Positions 43,801-52,538 of a DNA stretch of 64,000 bases are shown piece by piece. The notes under the pieces are model-generated. The model was not told where the DNA came from, ran no database searches, and saw nothing but the letters and a program-made list of their open reading frames with translations. The stretch covers positions 896,001 through 960,000 of the forward strand of contig CAXXHO010000005.1 in assembly GCA_963667725.2 (NCBI GenBank), given 5' to 3'. The position numbers and the translations under genes are program-made. The DNA comes from Treponemataceae bacterium (GTDB lineage: Bacteria; Spirochaetota; Spirochaetia; Treponematales; Rectinemataceae). Each line of letters opens with the position of its first letter. Positions within the stretch are counted from its first letter, which is position 1.

Positions 43801-46800
43801 CCGCGTGGTAATTGAGGCGGCCTTATTGCCCTTCCAGGCTTGGCTCGCGTTGGACGCCATCGGAAGGGTTTGGTATCGTCGCCGGATCTCGCATCGGGGA
43901 TTGCTGGAATGGACATCGGCCCAGGCGATGAATGTTAAGTCGCAGGCGAAGGTGAAAAAGTTCATCATCTCCATGAGTCTGGCGAGCCTTTTTGGCCTGT
44001 CCGCGGGCTGGGCTATCATGTTTGCCCGGCCTGTCAATTTTGGAATCGCCTCCCCATGGCTGCTGCTCTGGATACTCTCGCCGCTATTCGGCTGGCTGCT
44101 CAATCGTCGGCCTCACCTAATGGCGCCAAGAGAAGCGCTTCCCGAAGAAGATCGGCGATTTCTGAGAAACGTTGCGCGACGCACTTGGCGCTATTTCGCC
44201 GATTTTGTAAATGAGGAAAGCTCCTGGCTGCCGCCCGACAATTTTCAGGTCTTCTACCAAAAAGGACTGGCGTTTCGGACTAGTCCGACGAATATCGGCT
44301 TGTATTTGGTCAGCGCGTTGAGCGCTTTTGATTTTGGCTATCTCTCAGTGGATGAAGTCGCCAAAAAACTGACGAAGACGATGGAGACCATAGAAAAGCT
44401 TGAACGCCACGAAGGCCATCTTCTCAATTGGTATGATATCAAAACACTGGCTCCCCTCAATCCGCGCTATGTATCCACGGTGGATAGCGGAAATCTGCTC
44501 GGCTCGCTTTGGACCTTGAGACGCGGGCTGGAGTCGCTGGTAAACGCGCCGCTTTTGGATAAGAAAGCTCTTGCGGGCTTATATGACACCAATGAGGTGC
44601 TGCGGCAAGTGGGTCGGGAAGGGCAAATTTCCGGCGAAGAAACCTATGTTCTGGATGAACTAGAATTCTCGCTGGAATCTTCGCCGGCTTCGATTATAGA
44701 TATTCTGCGCATCGCGCGCAGGGTACGGAGCGATATTCCGCCGCTTGCCGAAAATGCTGAGACAGCGTATTGGAGCGCTCAAGTTCGGAGCCGCGCGGCG
44801 GCTTGGCTGGATGTCGCGGCTCGATATCTCGCCTGGATTGAAATTTTATCTGAAAAGACCGAAGAGGAGATCGCCGTTCTGGATTCGGGTGCCGCAAAGG
44901 CTTTTCGCGCGGCGCTCAATCAGGCGCCTTCTCTCAAGGAATTGGCGAGCGGAACCGCTGATTGCGCCACATTCCTCGAGACCATCCGGCTGAAAGCTCC
45001 CGCGAGTGACTCTTCCTTTCTGGATTGGATCGACCGCGTATCGAAAGCGCATGATCGAGCGAAATGGCTGGCAGGCGAGATGGTGGCGATAGTGGAGCGA
45101 CTGTCTCGCGCCTGCGGCGGACTTTCGGAATCGATGAATATGCGCTTCCTTTTCAATACCGAGCGGCGTCTGTTTTCCATCGGCTACAATGTTTCCGAAG
45201 GACGCCTCGACCATGCTTTTTACGATTTGCTGGCGAGCGAGGCGCGTTTGGGGAGCTTTGTGGCTATTGCCCGAGGGGATATTCACCCGGAGCATTGGTT
45301 TGCCATGGGTCGGCCTTATGGCGCGATCGGCCGGCGTCGGGTCCTTCTCAGTTGGACGGGAACGATGTTCGAATACCTGATGCCCCTGCTTTTTCAGAGA
45401 ACCTATAAGAATTCGCTGCTGGATAAGGCTGTCAAGGAGGCCGTCGCGATACAAATCGCCTTCGGGCGCAAGCATCACGTGCCCTGGGGGATATCGGAGT
45501 GCGCCTTCGGGGATCTCGATATCCAAAAAGCGTATCAATACCAGGCGTTCGGGGTACCGGAACTCGGGCTCAAGCGGGGCTTGGCGGAAAAAATTGTCGT
45601 GGCTCCTTATGCCTCGCTGCTGGCGGTGAGCTTCGTGCCGCGTGAGACGGTGCTGAACCTGAAGCGATTCGCCGAATTGGGGTTGTTGGGCGATTATGGT
45701 TATCTCGAATCTCTGGACTATAGCCGGCAATCGATGTATCCAATCGGGCGTGGGGTGATCGTGCGCGCCTACATGGCGCATCATCAAGGCATGAGTTTTT
45801 TGGCGCTGACGAATTTTCTTCAGAATGACTACTTGAAGCGGCAATTCCGGGCCGACCCGCGCATACGAATGGTCGAGCCTCTGCTTCAGGAACGGATTCC
45901 GATCATACCGCCGCTCCATCATATTACCACGCGCGAACGCGTTTCTTCGGTAGCGAGCGTCGGCGAGCCCAAACCCTCGGTCAGCCAGTTCGAAACCCCG
46001 CATACTTCGAGGCCTAAAACCCAATTACTCTGCAACGGCAACTATAGCCTTATGCTGACAAGCGTGGGCGGCGGTTATAGCCGTTGGGGAAATTTTGAGC
46101 TGACGCGCTGGAGATCGGATTCGACCCAGGATTCCTGGGGAACCTTCTGCTATATTCGCGATGTCGATTCAAGCCGATTATGGTGCGCTACGTATCAGCC
46201 GATCAGAGGTCATGTTGAACAGTTCAGCGCTAACTTTTCCCTAGACCGCGCCGTATTTCGGCGCGTCGATAATCAAATATTAACGGAAACGGAGATAATT
46301 GTCGCGCCGGAAGACGACGTGGAAATTCGTCGAATGACGCTGGTCAATCGATCGGGCTTCGATCGCCGGCTGGAACTGACGAGTTATATCGAACTGGCAT
46401 TGGCGCCGCACAACGTTGACAGGCAACATCCCGCGTTTAATAAAATGTTCATTCAGACCGAGGCGCTGCCTGAGCAGCAGGCGCTTTTGGCCTATCGCCG
46501 CCTCCGAAGCGCCATCGATCCGCCGATCTATGTCGCCCACCGATTCACTCTGGAGCCGACAGCCGGCGAATCCACCGATACACCTTTGCGCTTCGAAACC
46601 GACCGGCGTCGATTTATCGGTCGGGGACGCACCCTCGCCAACCCGATGGGCGCCGAAGAGGAATCTGGCGGCAGCCAAGGCTTTGTCTTGGATCCGATCC
46701 TCAGCCTGCGCAAGAGCATTACCTTGGCTCCCGGCAAACGGCTCCAAATATCCATGATTCTTGCCGTCGGAGCCTCGCGGGAGACGGTCCTCGCCTTGAT

Positions 46801-49800
46801 CGACAAGTACGGCTCTCCACAGGCGATCGACAGAGCGATGGAATTTGCCTGGGCATCGGCGCAGCTTGAGCTTCGTCTTCTGCGCATCCAAAACGACGAA
46901 GCGCGCAATTTCCAGCAACTGGCAAGCCATTTGCTGTACCCTCAGCCTCTTTTGCGAGCCGCTTCGCAGCGAATAGCGGAAAACCGAAAAGGCCAGTCGG
47001 GCTTGTGGACCTATGGCATTTCGGGCGACATGCCTATCGCCCTTGTGGTGATCGATGAAGCGCGAGATCTTGGGCTGGTTCGTCAAATGCTTCAGGCGCA
47101 CAGCTATTGGCGCATGCATGGGCTGCTGGCCGACCTTGTCATCCTCAACGAGGAATCCTCCGGCTACAATCAGCCAATGCGAGAAGAACTCCTGCATCTC
47201 ATACAAACGCTGGATCCCAATGCGGGAACCGGACGCTCCGGCGGGACCTTCCTGCTCAACGAGGATAAAATCCCTTCCGAAGACCTGACACTACTGCAAG
47301 CCGCGGCGAGTGTGGTTCTCGTCGCCGCCCGCGGGAATTTGACCCAGCAATTCGCCGTCCCGGCATTGGAGCTTCCCGCCTTGTCGGCTCCCATCGCCAG
47401 GAAACGGGATCCGCGCGATCCTTCGGCGGCGCTTCCCTTCATGGAGTTGCCTTTCTTTAACAGCTTGGGAGGATTTTCCCCGGATGGCCGGGAGTACGTC
47501 ATCTACCTTGGGCCAGGCATGAATACGCCCGCGCCCTGGACCAATGTCATGGCGAATCCTGGATTCGGCGCCATTATCAGCGAAACAGGCGCCGGCTTCA
47601 CATGGCAGGGCAACAGTCAGCGCAACCGACTCACCCAATGGTCGAATGACCCTGTCATGGATCCACCGCCGGAAGCGATTTTTCTCCGCGATGAGGATAC
47701 CGGTCTTTACTGGACTCCGACAGCGAGCCCCGTCCGCGAGGAATCCGCCTACCGGGCTCGGCATGGAGCCGGGTACAGCGTCTTCGAGCATAACAGCCAT
47801 GGCATCGAGCAGGAACTCACCGTCTTCGTGCCCTTGGACGATAAAGGGGGAGAACCCATCAAGCTGCAGAGACTGGTTCTGCGCAACGCCTCAGGTCGAT
47901 CGCGCAGACTATCGCTTACGTATTATGTGGAGCTGACGCTGGGCGAGTCGCGCGAGTCGTCGCAGATGCATGTCGCTACCACATGGGATGATGAAGCCCA
48001 GGCGATGCTGATTCGAAATCGCTACCATCCAGAGTATGGGGATCGGGTGGCTTTCGCGGCCGTGGGCGCTGCCGCCACGTCGTATACTGGCGATCGCACG
48101 GCGTTTATCGGGCGGAACAGAACGCTCGGCAATCCCGCGGCAATGGATCGCATACGGCTAGCCGGCAGGTCGGGAGCGGGCCTGGACCCCTGCGTGGCGA
48201 TACAGGTCATGCTGAAGCTGGCTCCAGGAGAAAGGGTTGAGGTTGCTTGTATGCTCGGCCAGGCTGAATCGGCGGAAAAGGCTCACGCTTTGGTTTCGAA
48301 GTATCGGGATCCCCATGCGGTGGAGGCATCTTTGCGGGAAACGCAGGCATGGTGGGACTCCCGGCTCGGGGTGGTCCAGGCTCATACTCCCGAACCTGCC
48401 GTTGACCTTATGATCAATCGTTGGTTGTTGTACCAGAGCCTAAGTTGCCGGGTCTGGGGGCGTTCCGGTTTTTACCAGTCCGGCGGCGCTTTTGGCTTCC
48501 GCGATCAATTGCAGGACGTTATGGCCCTGCTGTACGCGTATCCGGGCCTGGCGCGGGCCCATATTCTTCTGGCCGCCAGCCGACAGTTCAAGGAAGGCGA
48601 TGTCCAGCACTGGTGGCATCCGCCGAGCGGCGCGGGAATCCGTTCACGGATTTCCGATGATCTTTTATGGCTTCCATATGTGGTTGCGCGTTACATAAGC
48701 GTCACCGCGGACGCGAATATTCTCAATGAGCTTGTTCCTTTCATCGAAGCGCCGCTTTTGGCGGATGGACAGCTTGAAAGCTTTCAGTCGCCCAACGTTT
48801 CCTCCGAACAGGCCCCGCTTTTTGAGCATTGCCGGCGGGCGCTCGCGCACAGCCAGCGCTTCGGCGTTCATGGTCTGCCGCTCATGGGAACGGGGGACTG
48901 GAATGACGCGATGAACCTTGTGGGCGCGAAGGGAAAGGGTGAAAGTGTCTGGCTGGCATGGTTCATGATCGATGTATTGAAGGGAATGGTCGAGCTTTCC
49001 GCCTTGGCTGGCCATCAGGAGCTGGGCCAGTCCTATGCGAAAGAGCGAAGCGCGTTGATCGAGCATGTCGAAAGTTTTGCCTGGGACGGTGAGTGGTATG
49101 TGCGGGCTACCTTTGATGATGGGACGCTTCTGGGGGCTTCGGGGAATTCGGAGGCGCGAATCGATTCCCTGCCGCAATCCTGGGCCGCTTTGAGCGGAGC
49201 CGGCGACGAGGAAAGGACGGCGAAGGCACTTGAAGCGGCATGGAAGCACCTTGTTCACGAAGATGAAAAACTGGTACAGCTTTTCACGCCGCCTTTCGAT
49301 ACTTCGGAGCCATCCCCAGGTTATATCAATGGCTATCCGCCAGGGGTGCGCGAAAACGGCGGACAGTATACACATGCCGCGGTCTGGCTGGCCATGGCAA
49401 TGGCCAGGCGCGGTGATGGAACGAGGGCGGCGGAAATTTTGCGCATGCTCAATCCGATCGAGCACGCGCATGAACCGAAGGCCGTCTGGCGCTATGGGGT
49501 TGAACCTTATGTCGTCGCGGCGGATATTTATCGCCTACAGGGACGGATTGGACAGGGTGGCTGGTCTTGGTATACAGGCTCGGCGGCATGGATGTACCGC
49601 GCCTGGGTCGAGGAAATCCTTGGCCTGAAGATTCACGGCGGAACGATGGAGATCAACCCGGTCATTCCCGGCTGGTGGGATGGATTCCAGATGACCTATC
49701 GTCATGGTGAAGTCATATATGAAATTCATGTCGAAAATCCCGACCATCGTGAGCGGGGAGTTTCCTTTGTGGATATGGACGGGGCGCGCATCAAAGATGG

Positions 49801-49918
49801 CATCATATATCTCGCGTCGAACCCTGGCAAACACGAGATAAAAATCCGAATGGGAGAGTTCAAATTATCCAGTATGGATACCGCTTTCCGGGAGCGGAAT
49901 GAAAATGGGGAACCTTGA
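40871..49918 (+). CDS. Cyclic beta-1,2-glucan synthase (Cgs/NdvB/ChvB-like; GT84 + central GH + GH94)
   Basis: EWLLDN, WERKRGK, TLDSDT, SHDLIEG, RQHRWIRGDW, TSPTNIG, YDLLASEAR, WGISE, GFRDQLQD, GDWND, RENGGQYTH, WYTGSAAW. Confidence 0.9.
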   Translation: MKKGLLIGYFPARQEAIIASRKLRKRGFRCVARISKSAEGEIQIGRPLLRRWLFGVKRKLIENHGRWLVAGDTALILVAPIEKLKTPARILLERAEAIPAVFVLHPKRERPIRDRRERGFGGSLLSPNQLHEYALRLAAEHRLDPKPLRNTDLLKRLERGREWIQRICRDLGEASHLQQSVPPTAEWLLDNEYILESNARDVRLNLPWPFYRQLPALANENDHGLPRVCSLAHELVARTELLVDEQNIMSFIEAYQSVSSLSIGELWAVPQMLRMALVERIEELAGRALTELREQEIADFWAHRLITTNRREPGQLFAIMAELAKAYPSPSPYFASQLNDYLYDEEAVMAPVKGWLERAFQKSLNEIILRVKNQQTRDQISIGNAFTSLRLLAVLDWKVCFERLSRVEAILKRDPAGIYSTMDFPTRDRYRRAIEDLRRGSGLEEEKIAERVVELAASAHGDSALDDRSTHIGTYLIGEKRGELAKLIGCREALRFRALHWAYRHHSSVYFLGLTFFSVALIILALRAGAFASGLGFWFLFAALLFLPASQISLELLNTIIIKLFPVRALPKLDFGEEGIPPSCRTLVVVPMMLVDKATIKGEVEKLEIRYLANKEDNLLFCLFSDYSDSSTAHCGTDEGLLRYATESIQALNQRHGGRRFLLLHRERRWSDSERKFIGWERKRGKLEELNNLIVGNRPRDAESLVRLGDPAVLTSLRFVITLDSDTQLPANAARRMIETLAHPLNRIRFDESGRILSGYTIIQPRVSPSLPSANGTPFSRLFSDPIGIDPYTNTVSDVYQDLSGEGSYHGKGIYDARAFNKIVSGKFPEALLLSHDLIEGAHVRVGFASDIELYDEFPQDYLSYAKRQHRWIRGDWQIADWMMSRVPQADGGKGPNPLSWLDRWKICDNLRRSLLPVASLALLISAWLVSPRAGVAASMVVAAQLFFHSLVQPFAWAASGRGFKRASIEKAAHDLLRVVIEAALLPFQAWLALDAIGRVWYRRRISHRGLLEWTSAQAMNVKSQAKVKKFIISMSLASLFGLSAGWAIMFARPVNFGIASPWLLLWILSPLFGWLLNRRPHLMAPREALPEEDRRFLRNVARRTWRYFADFVNEESSWLPPDNFQVFYQKGLAFRTSPTNIGLYLVSALSAFDFGYLSVDEVAKKLTKTMETIEKLERHEGHLLNWYDIKTLAPLNPRYVSTVDSGNLLGSLWTLRRGLESLVNAPLLDKKALAGLYDTNEVLRQVGREGQISGEETYVLDELEFSLESSPASIIDILRIARRVRSDIPPLAENAETAYWSAQVRSRAAAWLDVAARYLAWIEILSEKTEEEIAVLDSGAAKAFRAALNQAPSLKELASGTADCATFLETIRLKAPASDSSFLDWIDRVSKAHDRAKWLAGEMVAIVERLSRACGGLSESMNMRFLFNTERRLFSIGYNVSEGRLDHAFYDLLASEARLGSFVAIARGDIHPEHWFAMGRPYGAIGRRRVLLSWTGTMFEYLMPLLFQRTYKNSLLDKAVKEAVAIQIAFGRKHHVPWGISECAFGDLDIQKAYQYQAFGVPELGLKRGLAEKIVVAPYASLLAVSFVPRETVLNLKRFAELGLLGDYGYLESLDYSRQSMYPIGRGVIVRAYMAHHQGMSFLALTNFLQNDYLKRQFRADPRIRMVEPLLQERIPIIPPLHHITTRERVSSVASVGEPKPSVSQFETPHTSRPKTQLLCNGNYSLMLTSVGGGYSRWGNFELTRWRSDSTQDSWGTFCYIRDVDSSRLWCATYQPIRGHVEQFSANFSLDRAVFRRVDNQILTETEIIVAPEDDVEIRRMTLVNRSGFDRRLELTSYIELALAPHNVDRQHPAFNKMFIQTEALPEQQALLAYRRLRSAIDPPIYVAHRFTLEPTAGESTDTPLRFETDRRRFIGRGRTLANPMGAEEESGGSQGFVLDPILSLRKSITLAPGKRLQISMILAVGASRETVLALIDKYGSPQAIDRAMEFAWASAQLELRLLRIQNDEARNFQQLASHLLYPQPLLRAASQRIAENRKGQSGLWTYGISGDMPIALVVIDEARDLGLVRQMLQAHSYWRMHGLLADLVILNEESSGYNQPMREELLHLIQTLDPNAGTGRSGGTFLLNEDKIPSEDLTLLQAAASVVLVAARGNLTQQFAVPALELPALSAPIARKRDPRDPSAALPFMELPFFNSLGGFSPDGREYVIYLGPGMNTPAPWTNVMANPGFGAIISETGAGFTWQGNSQRNRLTQWSNDPVMDPPPEAIFLRDEDTGLYWTPTASPVREESAYRARHGAGYSVFEHNSHGIEQELTVFVPLDDKGGEPIKLQRLVLRNASGRSRRLSLTYYVELTLGESRESSQMHVATTWDDEAQAMLIRNRYHPEYGDRVAFAAVGAAATSYTGDRTAFIGRNRTLGNPAAMDRIRLAGRSGAGLDPCVAIQVMLKLAPGERVEVACMLGQAESAEKAHALVSKYRDPHAVEASLRETQAWWDSRLGVVQAHTPEPAVDLMINRWLLYQSLSCRVWGRSGFYQSGGAFGFRDQLQDVMALLYAYPGLARAHILLAASRQFKEGDVQHWWHPPSGAGIRSRISDDLLWLPYVVARYISVTADANILNELVPFIEAPLLADGQLESFQSPNVSSEQAPLFEHCRRALAHSQRFGVHGLPLMGTGDWNDAMNLVGAKGKGESVWLAWFMIDVLKGMVELSALAGHQELGQSYAKERSALIEHVESFAWDGEWYVRATFDDGTLLGASGNSEARIDSLPQSWAALSGAGDEERTAKALEAAWKHLVHEDEKLVQLFTPPFDTSEPSPGYINGYPPGVRENGGQYTHAAVWLAMAMARRGDGTRAAEILRMLNPIEHAHEPKAVWRYGVEPYVVAADIYRLQGRIGQGGWSWYTGSAAWMYRAWVEEILGLKIHGGTMEINPVIPGWWDGFQMTYRHGEVIYEIHVENPDHRERGVSFVDMDGARIKDGIIYLASNPGKHEIKIRMGEFKLSSMDTAFRERNENGEP

Positions 49919-49986
49919 GCGCTGCCTCCGGCAAGGCTTGGATCAAGGTAGATCCCCACTGGCATCGAGCCTAAGAACCCACCGCC

Positions 49987-50015
49987 CGGGCGCGCCGCCT
50001 TTAGCGGCGCGCCCG
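49987..50015. terminator. GC-rich hairpin between convergent genes
   Basis: CGGGCGCGCCGC-CTTTA-GCGGCGCGCCCG; no clear U-tract. Confidence 0.5.
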
Positions 50016-50034
50016 AGACCGTCAGCGTAAACGC

Positions 50035-52290
50035 TTATTTCTTGAGCGCCACGGCGATCTCCTCGCCGGCTATCTTGCCTGAGGTAAAGGCATAGCCCTG
50101 GGCCACGCCGCCATAATTCGCGTAACCTTTTTTGTTCGTGAAGAGCACGCCCATGGAATCGGTGCCTACCGCGTAGAGTCCGTCCAGGGCCTTGCCGCCC
50201 TTCTTGAGGACCTGCATCTTGGCGTTGACGTCCAATCCCGCGCAGACGCTGTAGATGTATGGAGCTCCGGTCACGGCGACATAGTATTCGCTGCTCGCGC
50301 TCGGCGCGCCGAGCCTCTCGAAGCGCTGTGCCGGCTTTTTGAAGGTATCGCTGCCCTTGGCGCCGGCGACGTACCCTTCGATCGACGCGAGAAGCGCCTT
50401 TTCGGTCATGCGGCCGTTGTTGATCGCCGATGCCAAGCCCTTGAGACTGTCGGACTTGTAGATGAAGCCCCGCTTTACTCCCTCTTCCAATACCTGATCG
50501 ATGTTGGACAAGGGAACGTTGGCCTTCACTCCTCCCTGGGAGAGGTACCGCCCGGAAGCAGCCGCGCCGAAGCCTTTCTCGCGCAGGGCGTCGATCTGCT
50601 CCTTCGAGAAGATCGTGAAGTACTTGGCGCCGACCTTGTAGGCGTTCATGGCGATGTCTTCCTCGTTGATGAAGCGGGAACCGGACTGATCCACCGCAAG
50701 GACCTCGGGGGAGCAGACCATGCCGTAGGGAATGTCATTGTCCATCGGATTGTCGAATTTCGTGATGATGGAGTATGGAGCCACGAAATGGGACATCGGC
50801 GGCATGTCGATGTTCTTGGTGGCGGCTCCCTGCTCGACCGCCATGAGGATGCCGGCTCCGTCGTTCTGGGCCATGCCGTACAGTTTCCAGGATTCGCCGA
50901 GGTATTTCTTCATCAGGCTTTCGCTGCCGCCGAAACCTCCCGATGCGAGAACGACAGCCTTGGCGTGTATCGTCATCGTTCCCCCGTCCCTGGTCGCGGC
51001 CTGGACTCCGACCACCTTGCCGTTCTTCATGAGGAGCTTGGTCGCCTCGGTCTCAAGGAAGTATTGGCCTCCCTGTTCATCGGCGAATTTTTTATAGGCG
51101 GCCGCAAAGTAATCCTCGGTCAGGGCCTTATTGCCCGCATAGGAGGTGAAGATGCCCCATTTCCCCCCGACGAAGCCGACGGCGGGGGTGAATTTGAAGC
51201 CATAGCCGCCAAGCCAATCGATGACCTCGCCCGAGCGGTCCATGATCTTTTTGATGATTTCTGTTTTGGATTCCTGGACGCCGTCGACCTTTGTGTACTC
51301 GACCCAGTCCTTGAACAGGGCTTCGTCGTCGACAAGTTTCTCGCCGGCTGCCTTCACCCTCTTCGTTTTAGAGATGGGATCCTGCCAGTTCGGTATCTCG
51401 GCTTTCACCTGGGAGGGCACGTTGATTCCCATCGGTCCCGAAGTGACCGCCGCGGTACCGCCCCACTTCGCCGCCTTGTCGATCGCGATCACCTTGAGGC
51501 CTTGCTCGGCAGCGCTCAGGGCCGCCGCTGTTCCTGAACCGCCCATTCCCACGATGACGACATCGGTTGTGTATTCTTGGTTCTTCTTCGCCTGGCTGGA
51601 GGCCTTGCGATAGAGTGCGGCCTCGGTTGCCCCAGCCTGCACGGCGCAATTTCTTACGGCGTCGATGAGGGCTTTAGAGGTCGCTGTCGCTCCGGTGAGG
51701 GCGTCGACAGCCAGGGATTGGGCTTCGATGATCCTGGGGACGAGCTTGTTCTGGACAACCTGCGGCATTCCGTTGGTTTCCCCGTTCTTTCCAATCGTTA
51801 TCGCTGTGATTTTATTCCCCGCGATGTTGACGGAAACGGCTACCGGGGTCAGGAGGTTGAAGCCTTTGGCCGTTGCCTCATACAGACCGTCCTTCATCGT
51901 CAGGACATCGGCGCCCTTGCCCATGGCTTGGGACAAGGCCTGGCCAGCGGCCAGCTTGACCGCGTTGCTGCTATAGGTAGCCCCCGAGACGCCATCGATA
52001 TCGGCGCTCTGGGCCTTGAGTATGAGAGAAGGAAGTTCCTCTACCGCCATCGACCCTATACCCTGCGTTTCCGAGGGACCTTCGGCCTTCACCTCGGTGA
52101 CGCTCTTGGTGTCGACAGTGATCTTTACCGTCACCGGACCGCCAAATCCCTTCGCTGTTGCCGTATAGGTGCCGGGGGTGAACTTGCCTTCGGTGAGCTT
52201 GTTATTGGAAACACAGGAAACAATGGAAAATAGGAGGAAAAATGACAGCATCGCGGCTGTCGCACGATAGATCGATCTTTTGCGCTTCAA
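50035..52290 (-). CDS. Lipoprotein flavin reductase: two FMN-binding domains plus FAD_binding_2 domain
   Basis: SIVSC lipobox, DGVSGAT and DALTGAT flavinylation motifs, GMGGSG, LASGGFG, GLYAVG; TTG start with GAAGGAG RBS. Confidence 0.85.
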   Translation of the reverse strand: MKRKRSIYRATAAMLSFFLLFSIVSCVSNNKLTEGKFTPGTYTATAKGFGGPVTVKITVDTKSVTEVKAEGPSETQGIGSMAVEELPSLILKAQSADIDGVSGATYSSNAVKLAAGQALSQAMGKGADVLTMKDGLYEATAKGFNLLTPVAVSVNIAGNKITAITIGKNGETNGMPQVVQNKLVPRIIEAQSLAVDALTGATATSKALIDAVRNCAVQAGATEAALYRKASSQAKKNQEYTTDVVIVGMGGSGTAAALSAAEQGLKVIAIDKAAKWGGTAAVTSGPMGINVPSQVKAEIPNWQDPISKTKRVKAAGEKLVDDEALFKDWVEYTKVDGVQESKTEIIKKIMDRSGEVIDWLGGYGFKFTPAVGFVGGKWGIFTSYAGNKALTEDYFAAAYKKFADEQGGQYFLETEATKLLMKNGKVVGVQAATRDGGTMTIHAKAVVLASGGFGGSESLMKKYLGESWKLYGMAQNDGAGILMAVEQGAATKNIDMPPMSHFVAPYSIITKFDNPMDNDIPYGMVCSPEVLAVDQSGSRFINEEDIAMNAYKVGAKYFTIFSKEQIDALREKGFGAAASGRYLSQGGVKANVPLSNIDQVLEEGVKRGFIYKSDSLKGLASAINNGRMTEKALLASIEGYVAGAKGSDTFKKPAQRFERLGAPSASSEYYVAVTGAPYIYSVCAGLDVNAKMQVLKKGGKALDGLYAVGTDSMGVLFTNKKGYANYGGVAQGYAFTSGKIAGEEIAVALKK

Positions 52291-52478
52291 ACGTTGCTCC
52301 TTCGCGGAATGTGATGGGTTGGCTGAAATGAATCGATTAATATAGATATAGAAAATCCTATTCTGTCAATATGAAATGTTTGCTCGGGAGCATCAACTTT
52401 AGAAATTTGTAGGTCTTAAAACCACTATATAAAGATATTATTATATTTATAAATATTGCTCTTTTTTCTTATTAAAAA

Positions 52479-52507
52479 TTGACTGATGGTGGCGGATAGG
52501 CTATTCT
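52479..52507 (+). promoter_or_regulatory. sigma70-like promoter
   Basis: TTGACT-N17-TATTCT about 30 nt upstream of the 52539 start. Confidence 0.55.
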
Positions 52508-52538
52508 AGCCAAAATTATCGCGATCTCAGGAGGATCT

